This document shows, piece after piece, positions 41,608-50,699 of a DNA stretch of 64,000 bases (within the stretch, counting starts at the first letter, position 1; every line of letters starts with the position of its first letter). The stretch is from assembly GCA_050250895.1 (NCBI GenBank), contig JBFWNU010000004.1, positions 526,934-590,933 on the forward strand. Reading direction: 5' to 3'. The notes under the pieces were generated by a model. The model was not told where the DNA came from. It saw only the letters and a list, made by a program, of their open reading frames with translations, and did not search any database. The stretch comes from Vulcanimicrobiota bacterium (lineage in GTDB: Bacteria; Vulcanimicrobiota; Xenobia; Xenobiales; JADMJV01). The position numbers were made by a program, and so were the translations under genes.

Positions 41608-42633
41608 GTGCTCGATTGGCGACTGGGTGTCGAGGTGGAGTTGCTGGCTCCTCCCGGCCAAAGTCGCTACGATCTGGCCCTGGCCATCGCTCGAGAATAC
41701 GGCGGCACCGTCCGCCGTTTTTTTCATCCTCAATCCGAACCGAGCAAAGTTCCCGGCATGCCGGTTTTTCACAACCTGACCCTGGGTTTCGAGGTCCTGG
41801 ACCCCCGGGGCAAAAGGGTGGCTCAGTGCGTCGACGACTTGACCCTGCAGGCGGATCTCGTGCGCGAAACGCCGCCGCTCTCGGGTTGGTACCGCATCGT
41901 CAGCGACGACGAGCGGCTGCTGCGATTGGTCGCGCGCCAGAGCGACCCCGAGTGCCAACTGGCCGAGGTGCTCGAGCCTTTGGCCCGGCTGTTCGGCACC
42001 GAACTCGAGGCGGGTCCTGGGGGGATGCAGCGAGTCAACGACGAGACGGGGGCTTCGGTGGCCATTGCCGCCCCTTTGCCGGGGGAGCGCGAGCGGCCTT
42101 GCGAGCTGATCACGGCTCCCCTCGACACCGATCACCCGATTCAGCTCGAGCGTTTACTCAAGCTGGCGCGAGAGTTGGGCTTCACCGCGCCGGCGGAAGG
42201 GGCGACCCACTTTCACTTTGATGCCGGCCGGTTGCAGTCGGCCCGGGTGCTGGCCAATCTGGTAAAACTGCTGTGGGCCTGCCCGCTGCGAGAATTGGTG
42301 GGTACCAATCCACGCTGCCGTCGCCTGGGAGCCTGGCCAGACGAACTGCTCGAGGTGGTCAGCGCCCCCGACTTCGCCCAGCTTGACTGGGCTCAGGCAA
42401 CGGCCCGGTTGAGCCCGTTGGCGCTCACCAAATACTGCGACGTCAACCTGCTCAACTGCCTCAACCCACGAGCGCGGCAAAACACGATAGAGGTTCGCAT
42501 TCTGCCGGTCTGGCTCGAAGCCGAGCCCATGCTGAAGATGGCCGCTTTGTTCGCGGCCATCTTCGCGCGAGCCCAGGGCCCCCCGGTGGCGCGCCCCCCC
42601 GAGTCGGTGCCCGAGCTGATGGCGCTGCTTTAG
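41608..42633 (+). CDS. Putative amidoligase (COOH-NH2 ligase) family protein
   Basis: GVEVEL, CELITAP, HFHFD, TIEVR. Confidence 0.7.
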   Translation: MLDWRLGVEVELLAPPGQSRYDLALAIAREYGGTVRRFFHPQSEPSKVPGMPVFHNLTLGFEVLDPRGKRVAQCVDDLTLQADLVRETPPLSGWYRIVSDDERLLRLVARQSDPECQLAEVLEPLARLFGTELEAGPGGMQRVNDETGASVAIAAPLPGERERPCELITAPLDTDHPIQLERLLKLARELGFTAPAEGATHFHFDAGRLQSARVLANLVKLLWACPLRELVGTNPRCRRLGAWPDELLEVVSAPDFAQLDWAQATARLSPLALTKYCDVNLLNCLNPRARQNTIEVRILPVWLEAEPMLKMAALFAAIFARAQGPPVARPPESVPELMALL

Positions 42634-42900
42634 CTAAATATCGTTAGGGTAACGGAAAGGCTCGCTGGGATCCCACTGAAAGTTGTCGGGCCCCGGCTCG
42701 GGAGCGGGCTTGTCGTCTTGACTGGGAGCCTGGGCGGGGGCAGGACGGCTGGGCGTCCAGCAGTGGCTGAACGGCTCGTTTGGATGATAGCTCTCTTGAG
42801 GCTCGGGAGCCGGTTGCTCGGTCCTGGGCTGTTCGGGAGCCGGCTTAGGGGGAGTGGAAGGTTTCCAGCAATTGCCGAAAGGTTCTCCGACGAGTGACAT
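42634..42900 (-). CDS. Small Pro-rich repeat protein
   Basis: AGGAGG RBS; EPFGNCWKPS, EPFSHCWTPS and EPFRY. Confidence 0.7.
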   Translation of the reverse strand: MSLVGEPFGNCWKPSTPPKPAPEQPRTEQPAPEPQESYHPNEPFSHCWTPSRPAPAQAPSQDDKPAPEPGPDNFQWDPSEPFRYPNDI

Positions 42901-43066
42901 ACGTACCTCCTGGGCGTGGTCTGTCCAACCTAAGGCACCGGGCTGAATCTAGACTGAAAGCCCGGTTCCCCAACCCAAGGATGGCCGTCTCAGGATCGGG
43001 GGGATGTTCCAGGCGGGGGTCTGACCGCTTAGGCTCGACCTATTGCCAGTCCAGGAGGTTATTCTA

Positions 43067-43324
43067 ATGCAAATGACGCGCGAGAAACTCGACTTGAACC
43101 AATGGGTGGAATCGGCCTTTCGCGGAGAGGTACCCGCAGCGGTGCGCGAACTGGTGGATCGCCGCAACACCCGAATTAATGTGCTCGAAGAGATGATGAC
43201 CCAGATGGAGCCTGAACTGCGCAAGGCCGTCGAGTGCCTGCACGAAGCTCAGCAGGCCGAGACGGCCCTGCAATACCAGGTCTTGCAGAGTGTCTTCGAG
43301 CGCCACCTCGCCAATCACCCCTAG
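43067..43324 (+). CDS. Small helical hypothetical protein
   Basis: AGGAGG RBS; coiled-coil-like sequence. Confidence 0.65.
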   Translation: MQMTREKLDLNQWVESAFRGEVPAAVRELVDRRNTRINVLEEMMTQMEPELRKAVECLHEAQQAETALQYQVLQSVFERHLANHP

Positions 43325-43375
43325 CGGTTGGCCCGGACGCTGGCGAGGCGGCCCGCGCAGTGTTACAATCTCAAA

Positions 43376-45055
43376 GTGAACAAACGAGGGGTGGCCATAC
43401 CGACCGCGCTATTCTTTGTTTTGATCATCTTCTTTCTGGCCACCGTCATGGCCGCCCGGGCTCATATGAACCTGCGGCTGTCGCGCTATGAGGCTGACGG
43501 TTTCAAGCGCCAGCAGGCGGCTCGCGGAGCGGCCGCCCAGGCCCTGATCGAACTGAACAAAGACGACAACTGGAAGGTTCACGACAGCGCGGACCGGGTG
43601 ATTTTCGAACGGGATCCACTGGTCACCGAGGCCTGGATCACCCAGGACCCGGACCATCCCCTCATCATGCACATCTTCGGACGGGCGTATCCGGCCGGCA
43701 ACGAAGACATGGCCGAGATCTCGTCGCGGGTGGTTCTGCGCCGGCCCGACATCGAAGGGGTCACCTTCACCAACGCTCCGGTATTTGGCCGCCTGACCCC
43801 CGACTCGATGTTCTATAAGCGAAGCTACGACACCGAATGGACCAAGCTTCCGCCCTGCCCGCGCCTGACCTACTCCGAATCGGGCGTGCTGCAGACCCAC
43901 TCGGGCTACGCCGGTAGCCTGACCAACCTGGCCGCTGACGATCGCGGCCGCCTCTACGCCCACTATGTGCCCGGCTACGACCGAGACGACGCCATCGGCG
44001 ATATCTATCGCGAGAAATACGCCCGCTTCCTCACCACCGGAGATTTCGGCGAGATGTTTCGGGCTGTGCCCGATTATGTCGAGACCCTCGGATCCGGGCT
44101 GCGGGCCCAGGCGTTCGGCGGCAGCGTGATCATGACTTTCGACACGGCCAACGAAAGCTGGAGAGCCCTTCCCCCCGTGCCCGATGTCTCGTTTAGCGGA
44201 GGCACGGCCAGTCTCAACACGTCGCGCATCTACGAAGGCGGCGTGGGGCCGATCGAGGTGTCCAACGACACCCTTTATGTCTCGATCTACAAAGACGGCC
44301 AGGACGGAATGGCCATGCTCGACCTGAATACCGAGACCTGGCAGGCGATCCAGCCGCCGCCTCAGAGTTATTTCACTTCCAGTGGGCAGCGGGTCGACCG
44401 CCCCGGCCTGATGCAAGAGGCCGGCAACGCCGAGGCCGACTCGGCCGGCAACCTCTACGCCAACTGGCTCACCGGTGACCGCAACAACGGAGCCATCTTC
44501 AAAAAGGCTCCGGGGGGTACCTGGGAGTTGCTGCCGCCCCCCGAGGCGGGCCAATTCGCCGAAGACGGCCGCTGGCTTCCTCTGGGAGGCAAAGCCAACA
44601 AGCTGTCTTACCTCGATGTCACTCCCGAGGGGGACGTCTACGCTACCTGGAACGCGCACCTGGACAACTCTTCGCTCGACTACGTCGTCTACCATCTCGA
44701 CACCGACGAGGACGGAGTTCAAAGCTGGGAGCCGGTGCCGCCCTCACCGCGCTTCACCTACGACGACACGGGCAAGGTGCAGCGCCTGACCGGACGCTCG
44801 AGCCTGCTCAAGGCCATGGCCATCGATGCCGAAGGCCAGGTGATCGCCTCGATGTACGAAACGGCCGGCCCCGACCCGCTGGCTCACTACTACGAGGGCG
44901 AGTTCGTGCCGCTGCCTCGGCTGCCCGATAAGCGCGACCGCCCGGATGGCACCTCGGTCGAAGACCCCGACGGTTATCTCGAGCCTTTCCAGGCCGACGG
45001 TGGGGGTTATCGCAACGGTCTGGAGAACCGCTATATTCCGATCTATCGCTATTAA
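43376..45055 (+). CDS. PilX/GspK-like pilin fused to a six-repeat propeller-like domain
   Basis: KRG|VAIPTALF, AARGAA and six W-x2-[LIV]-PPxP-type repeats. Confidence 0.72.
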   Translation: MNKRGVAIPTALFFVLIIFFLATVMAARAHMNLRLSRYEADGFKRQQAARGAAAQALIELNKDDNWKVHDSADRVIFERDPLVTEAWITQDPDHPLIMHIFGRAYPAGNEDMAEISSRVVLRRPDIEGVTFTNAPVFGRLTPDSMFYKRSYDTEWTKLPPCPRLTYSESGVLQTHSGYAGSLTNLAADDRGRLYAHYVPGYDRDDAIGDIYREKYARFLTTGDFGEMFRAVPDYVETLGSGLRAQAFGGSVIMTFDTANESWRALPPVPDVSFSGGTASLNTSRIYEGGVGPIEVSNDTLYVSIYKDGQDGMAMLDLNTETWQAIQPPPQSYFTSSGQRVDRPGLMQEAGNAEADSAGNLYANWLTGDRNNGAIFKKAPGGTWELLPPPEAGQFAEDGRWLPLGGKANKLSYLDVTPEGDVYATWNAHLDNSSLDYVVYHLDTDEDGVQSWEPVPPSPRFTYDDTGKVQRLTGRSSLLKAMAIDAEGQVIASMYETAGPDPLAHYYEGEFVPLPRLPDKRDRPDGTSVEDPDGYLEPFQADGGGYRNGLENRYIPIYRY

Positions 45056-45431
45056 TCGCCCTCATCGGGTCAAACGCGGCTTCACCCTCAGTGAAGTCAT
45101 GGTGGCTATTATGCTCATCTCGATAGCCCTGCTAGCTCTGGTCTCGATGCAGGCTCACACGCTGCGCTCGGAGGGGATGACCCAACAAAGGCACCAGGCT
45201 TCGGTCATCGCAGGCTCGTATCTGGCCCAGGCCGAAGCTTCTCTCGAGAGCGACTTCGATCGTGATGTGAGTAAGCCACGTCAAACTGCCGACGACCCCG
45301 ATTTCGAGGTCGAGGTCAATCAGCAGCCGCTTGAGCCTGACCTGCAAGCGGTCACGGTGAGAGTGCTCTGGCGAGAGAAGCAGGGGTGGATGGACTATGT
45401 GGTGCGGAGCAAGGTGGCCAGGAGTATCTAG
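45033..45431 (+). CDS. Prepilin (PilV/GspI-like)
   Basis: KRG|FTLSEV. Start is uncertain (ATA 45033 or GTG 45000). Confidence 0.78.
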   Translation: MFRSIAINRPHRVKRGFTLSEVMVAIMLISIALLALVSMQAHTLRSEGMTQQRHQASVIAGSYLAQAEASLESDFDRDVSKPRQTADDPDFEVEVNQQPLEPDLQAVTVRVLWREKQGWMDYVVRSKVARSI

Positions 45432-45981
45432 AGCCTTCACGCTGGTCGAACTGATGGTGGCCATCGGGGTCTTTCTCACCTTGATGGTGGCCACCATGTA
45501 TATCTATCAGGTGGGACTGGCCGCTGACCGCAAGTCGTCGGTTCACGGCGAGGCCTATCGGGCCACCGCCCTGGCTCTAAGCCACATCAGGGCAGAGCTG
45601 CAAGGGGCTGATGCCAACCTGTCTCTGGGAGATCCACCCCAATCTAGCCTCGACTATCGGGTACCCGACTGGCAAGATGGTCGCATCAAAGTCGATCGGC
45701 GGGGGCTACCCATCTGGAAAGCCGACCGCCGCATCTGGCTCAAACCCGACGGAACGGTGGTCCGCCAGGAGGGCGACATCGAGCGCGTGCTGTCGCGTCT
45801 GGGCGAGGGCGGCCTGCTCTTCGAGCGAATCGACGAGCAGTTGGTCAAGGTCACCATCGTGGCCAGTCTACAGGGCCCGACCGGCCGGCCAGACGACACC
45901 GCTACCCACCGTATCGAAGCCACCCTCGGCCTCTCTAAGCGACTCTTCTGGGATGACCTGACGGTGTTGCCGGCCTTCTGA
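45397..45981 (+). CDS. Prepilin (PilW/GspJ-like)
   Basis: SRA|FTLVEL. Confidence 0.82.
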   Translation: MWCGARWPGVSRAFTLVELMVAIGVFLTLMVATMYIYQVGLAADRKSSVHGEAYRATALALSHIRAELQGADANLSLGDPPQSSLDYRVPDWQDGRIKVDRRGLPIWKADRRIWLKPDGTVVRQEGDIERVLSRLGEGGLLFERIDEQLVKVTIVASLQGPTGRPDDTATHRIEATLGLSKRLFWDDLTVLPAF

Positions 45982-47015
45982 TGGACATCAGCCTGACCCG
46001 CTCGCAGGTGGCTGCTTTCACCCTGCAATTGTCGATCATGATCGACTCGGGCATTCCGCTGCTGCGGGCCCTCGAGGCCCTGACCCTCAGCGACGAGGAC
46101 GGTCCGGCCCTGTTGGCCGAGCGGGTTTGTGTTCAGCTGCATCGCGGCAACTCTCTGTCGGCGGCTTTGCGCAACTTTCCCGAGCACTTTGATCGCACTT
46201 TCACCGGTAGCCTGAAAGTGGGTGAGAAGACCGGCTGCCTGCACTTAGTGCTGGCCAACCTGGCCAGCCAACTCGAGCATGCCGAACGAGAGCGCCAGCG
46301 ATTGGTGAGCTCGCTGACCTATCCGATCGCCTTGTTGGTCACCACCTTCTTGATGATAGGCTTTCTGATCTACTACATGCTGCCGCGCTTCTTGCCGTTC
46401 TTTCTGGCCAGTGGCCAGCCCCTGCCCGGACCGACCAGAGTGGTGATGGCCCTCAGCGGCAACCCCGCCATCAAGGTGGCGCCGCTGCTGTTGGGCGCGG
46501 CTTTCATCCTGCTCTGGACCAACCGTCACCGCCAGGGCCTGATCGATGCCTGGTCGGCCGTGGTGACGCGCCTGCCTTTGCTCGGTCGCGTCGTCTTGCT
46601 GCGGGACCTTTCGCGAATCTGCCTGCAGCTGGCCATTCAAGTCGAAAGCGGCGTGCGACTCGACGACGCCCTGGCCACTACCGCTCGCTCGACCTCGACC
46701 TCTCGCACCCGCGAGGCATTGATGCGAGTGTGGCGAGGAGTGCGCGAAGGTGAAGAATTGGGCACGCTCTTCCGCCAGGAAGCCGACTTCCCGCCGCTAC
46801 TCTGGCAGGCCGTGGTCACCGGCGAAAACTCGGGCAAACTAGCCTCGATGTTCCGGCGAGTGGGCAGGATGTTCGGCGAGCAGTCGCAGCTTCGCCTCGA
46901 GGCTGTGCTGCAATTGCTAGAACCAGCCGTCATGGCCTTCATGGGGTTGGTGGTCGGCTCGATCGTGCTGGCCTGTTTTCTGCCCATCTACCAACTGGTT
47001 CTAACCACCCTCTAG
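45981..47015 (+). CDS. PilC/GspF platform protein
   Basis: SGIPLLRAL, GEKTG, LTYP, GENSGKL, LEP. Confidence 0.88.
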   Translation: MDISLTRSQVAAFTLQLSIMIDSGIPLLRALEALTLSDEDGPALLAERVCVQLHRGNSLSAALRNFPEHFDRTFTGSLKVGEKTGCLHLVLANLASQLEHAERERQRLVSSLTYPIALLVTTFLMIGFLIYYMLPRFLPFFLASGQPLPGPTRVVMALSGNPAIKVAPLLLGAAFILLWTNRHRQGLIDAWSAVVTRLPLLGRVVLLRDLSRICLQLAIQVESGVRLDDALATTARSTSTSRTREALMRVWRGVREGEELGTLFRQEADFPPLLWQAVVTGENSGKLASMFRRVGRMFGEQSQLRLEAVLQLLEPAVMAFMGLVVGSIVLACFLPIYQLVLTTL

Positions 47016-48364
47016 TCCTCGATCGGGATATGGAAGTCACCCACAGTGAGGAGCGAATCCCCGAGTTCGAGCGTGGGCAACACCATTTCGGGCTGCTCGC
47101 GTAGTCGACCGGCCAGCTTCGCCAGGGATTGGCTGCTGAGGGCGTGAACCTGGCCCTTATCGGTGGCCAGATAGACCATGTCGCCTTTGGTGGTCACCAC
47201 AGCCTTGCCGCCGGTTCTGGAAGAAAATCGCCACAATGGCTGGCCTTCCGAGCTGAAGGCTTTGAGCTGACCGGTTCGATCGCAGGTGGCATAGATCGTG
47301 CCGTCGTCACCCACCTGCACACCATCATCGCCGATGTCCAGGCCCGTCTCGACGCTCCAGCGCTTGTGACCTTGCTGGTCCACTGCCAACAACTTGCCGT
47401 GACTGCCCCCGGCATAGATGGTCTGACCGTCGGGCGAGAGCACGGGAGTGCTGCTCAGCTCCATGTTCCCCGCCAGCAAAGCCGTCTCTTGATCCTCGGG
47501 TGATAGTTCGTCAAGGCGTTTTTCGCTCGAGGCGCCGAACTGCCATAGCACCTTACCCTCGGGACTGACCTTACGAAGGTGACTGTTCATGGTCGTGTAC
47601 AGGACTCCGCCGTCGGGAGCCACCGTCACTCCGGTGCCCGTCTGGGCCCGATTGCCATACTCGGATTCCTCGGTCCAGAGCTTCTTGCCCTCGGACCCGA
47701 AGGCGTGAACGATACCGGGGTCCTCGATCACATAAAGGTTACCTTCTGGACCTAGCGCCATCTGGCCGTTGACGTGGTTGTCCAGGCTGGTTCGCCAGCG
47801 CTCGCTGCGGTCAGGATTGAAGGCGACCACATTGCCCTGGTAGTCGCCGGCATAGAGCGAGCCGTCGGGACCGAGAATGGGCGCCTCCTGAAAGTTCTCG
47901 AGGTTGCCCTCCCACTCCAGCTGGCCAGTTTTGGTCGAAAAACCGATCAGACCGGGCTGACCCGGACGGTAGTCAGAGACGGCGAAGACCGTGTCTTCAG
48001 TGGCCACCGGCGAGGCGTAACGACTGAGGCGAGTAGGGTTGCTCCAGAGCTGATGCCCCTCGGGAGCAAGCGCCACCAGCCCCCCCGGGGCCTGAAAATA
48101 CAAATTGCCTTCGGGCCCGATGGAGGCTGGCGATTCTACCCCGGTGGGGATGAACTCGCTCCAGGCGACCACCTCGCTGTGAAAGCTGGGCACCTGATCC
48201 TCGGGCTTGATATCGGGAGCAAACAACCGCTCCAGGTCCTGACGCGACACGGGGCGTGAACGGTCCTCACCCGAGAACTCGACCTGGTCGGGCGAGGCAG
48301 GCCTGGCGGCCGCTCGGGTCGGGCGGGGTGGTGCGCCCAGCGGGGAGCTTCCAATAACGTACAT
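47012..48364 (-). CDS. PQQ-like beta-propeller protein
   Basis: Repeated P.IGPDG.LY / A...DG...W blades. Confidence 0.85.
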   Translation of the reverse strand: MYVIGSSPLGAPPRPTRAAARPASPDQVEFSGEDRSRPVSRQDLERLFAPDIKPEDQVPSFHSEVVAWSEFIPTGVESPASIGPEGNLYFQAPGGLVALAPEGHQLWSNPTRLSRYASPVATEDTVFAVSDYRPGQPGLIGFSTKTGQLEWEGNLENFQEAPILGPDGSLYAGDYQGNVVAFNPDRSERWRTSLDNHVNGQMALGPEGNLYVIEDPGIVHAFGSEGKKLWTEESEYGNRAQTGTGVTVAPDGGVLYTTMNSHLRKVSPEGKVLWQFGASSEKRLDELSPEDQETALLAGNMELSSTPVLSPDGQTIYAGGSHGKLLAVDQQGHKRWSVETGLDIGDDGVQVGDDGTIYATCDRTGQLKAFSSEGQPLWRFSSRTGGKAVVTTKGDMVYLATDKGQVHALSSQSLAKLAGRLREQPEMVLPTLELGDSLLTVGDFHIPIED

Positions 48365-48497
48365 ACCCAGAGCCTATGAAACCGAGCTAAAAGTAGACTG
48401 AAAGCAGATGTTCATAATCCGGCAATGGTCCGGACAAATCGAACCAGCAGACTTAGCGCTGGTCCGCCCTGCTCTTGTCCAACGAAGGAGCCAGGTC

Positions 48498-49475
48498 ATG
48501 AAACTTAATCCCGCCGTCGGTGGACGGCTTACCGTGGTCGCGCACGGCCAGGTCAGCAGTCCCGACATTTCTGCCAACGGCCAGGTGGTCGTTTATAACG
48601 AGTTCAAAGATGGCGAGACCGCCGTCTATAAGTGGCAAGCCGAAGATACCGTCAAGCTGACCACCGACCATTATCCCAGCATGCACCCCACCGTCAACGA
48701 GGACGGCACGGTGGTCGCCTTCACCCGCTACTCGGCCAATAGCCCGAGCCAGGCCGGCAGTTGGGATGTGGCCCGCTGGGAGAACGGCCAGACCCAAATG
48801 CTGGCCACTGGCCCCGGCCACGAAATGGACCCGAAGATCTCTGACGACGGCCGCACCGTCGTCTGGGACGACGACGAAGACGGCAAATTCACCCACGGCA
48901 ATATCGTGAAGTGGCACGACGGTGAGGTCAGCTCTGTCACCACTGGCCGCGAGTTCAACCTCTTTCCCGAGCTCTCGGGCAATGGCGAGCGCGTGGTCTG
49001 GCGCAAGTTCAAGGACGGCGACTCGGCTCTATGGCTCCAAGACGAAGCGGGCACGGTCAAGCCCTTCTTGTCGGCCAAGGGCGATCTGTTCCAACATTCG
49101 CTCTCCGACAGCGGCACCCGCCTGGTCTTTAGCGATAACAGCGGCGCCGACGACGACCTGATGTTCCACGACGAGCGCACCGGCCAGAGTCGGATGGTGG
49201 CCGGCAAGACCGAGGTCAACGAAACCTGGGCGTCAATCTCGGGCGACGGCCACACCATCGCCTGGACCGAACTTGACTTTCGCAAGGGCACTCCGGCCGC
49301 CACCAACGTCTTCCTCGAGCGAGAAGGCCAGGTGCTGCAAGTGACGATCGCCGACAAGGGCGAGGGCCTCAACGTCTCACCCGAACTCTCGCGCGACGGC
49401 AAGAGCCTGGTCTGGACCTGGATCGACAGCAAAGACACCGACAACCGCAAGATCTACAAACTCGACCTGGAGTAG
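48498..49475 (+). CDS. TolB/PD40-like beta-propeller protein
   Basis: AAGGAG RBS; repeated P.IS.DG..VVW. Confidence 0.8.
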   Translation: MKLNPAVGGRLTVVAHGQVSSPDISANGQVVVYNEFKDGETAVYKWQAEDTVKLTTDHYPSMHPTVNEDGTVVAFTRYSANSPSQAGSWDVARWENGQTQMLATGPGHEMDPKISDDGRTVVWDDDEDGKFTHGNIVKWHDGEVSSVTTGREFNLFPELSGNGERVVWRKFKDGDSALWLQDEAGTVKPFLSAKGDLFQHSLSDSGTRLVFSDNSGADDDLMFHDERTGQSRMVAGKTEVNETWASISGDGHTIAWTELDFRKGTPAATNVFLEREGQVLQVTIADKGEGLNVSPELSRDGKSLVWTWIDSKDTDNRKIYKLDLE

Positions 49476-49575
49476 GGCAGGAGCGCTGGCTGCGCCAGCG
49501 GGAAAGGAGCGGCTTCGCCGAGACCTCGCCCTTCAGGCGACGAGGAGCCGCCTTCGACGGAGCCGGGGGCGGGCC
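49476..49575. repeat. Degenerate copy of the palindromic element from the 20.6-21.4 kb array
   Basis: GAGCGCTGGC...GCCAGCG..AAAGGAGCG is shared with ~20909-20948 and ~21209-21248. Confidence 0.5.
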
Positions 49576-49587
49576 GCTGGGGCGTTA

Positions 49588-49923
49588 CTAGTGGGCTATC
49601 AGGTAGCCGTCGTGCTGGGCCGGCAAGGCAGCGACTTCGGACTTTACTTCCGGCTTGGCCTCGGGGTTGAAGAAGAAGTCGATCAGCTTCTTGATGAAAT
49701 AGACGCTGACTTCGATGCCGGGCTCGATCAGGATACCCCAGGGGAAGCCCATCATCGTGTCTTGAGGGGGTAGACCGGCTTTGGCCGGCTGGGACGAACC
49801 GAGTTCGACCTGCTCGGCGGGGTCGGAGGTGGTCTCGGTAGGAGTCTCCTCGGTAGTAGCCACTTCGGGCCGGGTAGCGCGCAAAGGCGCCGGGGTAGCG
49901 GTGGAGCTGAGGGAACGAATCAC
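49588..49923 (-). CDS. Small hypothetical protein with S/T/P-rich leader
   Basis: AGGAGG RBS; hydrophobic/amphipathic C-terminal half. Confidence 0.7.
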   Translation of the reverse strand: MIRSLSSTATPAPLRATRPEVATTEETPTETTSDPAEQVELGSSQPAKAGLPPQDTMMGFPWGILIEPGIEVSVYFIKKLIDFFFNPEAKPEVKSEVAALPAQHDGYLIAH

Positions 49924-50049
49924 GGGGACCTCCTGCGGTGAAGTTCTCGCAGGACTATGGTAGCCTAACCTATCCCAAAACGATGGCTGATTTCATTGCC
50001 ATTTTGTAACCGCGCCGCCAAGCCTGAAAAAACCCTTAAAATGCGGCCA

Positions 50050-50630
50050 ACCAGCCCGGCCTGGCTCCACCCGGAGTGGGCGAAATCCCCCAGCCGGAGT
50101 GGGCGATCGCTAGCCTTGGCCCACCAGCCGGCCTGGCCCCACCCGGAGTGGGCGAAATCCCCCAGCCGGAGTGGGCGATCGCTAGCCTTGGCCCACCAGC
50201 CGGCCTGGCCCCACCCGGAGTGGGCGAAATCCCCCAGCCGGAGTGGGCGATCGCTAGCCCTGGCCCGCCAGCCCGGCCTGGCCCCACCCGGAGTGGGCGA
50301 AATCCCCCAGCCGGAGTGGGCGATCGCTAGCCTTGGCCCACCAGCCGGCCTGGCCCCACCCGGAGTGGGCGAAATCCCCCAGCCGGAGCGGGCGATCGCT
50401 AGCCCTGGCCCACCAGCCGGCCTGGCCCCACCCGAAGTGGGCGAAATCCCCCAGCCGGAGTGGGCGATCGCTAGCCTTGGCCCACCAGCCCGGCCTGGCC
50501 CCACCCGAAGTGGGCGAAATCCCCCAGCCGGAGTGGGCGATCGCTAGCCCTGACCCGCCAGCCGGCCTGGCCCCACCCGGGTTGGGCGAAATCCCCCAGC
50601 CGGAGTGGGCGATCGCGGCCAGCCAGCCCG
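50050..50630. repeat. Tandem repeat, 8 x 72-73 bp
   Basis: CGAAATCCCCCAGCCGGAG at 50081, 50153, 50225, 50298, 50370, 50442, 50515 and 50587. Confidence 0.95.
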
Positions 50631-50699
50631 GCGTGGAGCACCAGCACCGCGACTCCCCTTCAAGGAGACCCGAATACCATGGTATGATGTTAGCTGGAT

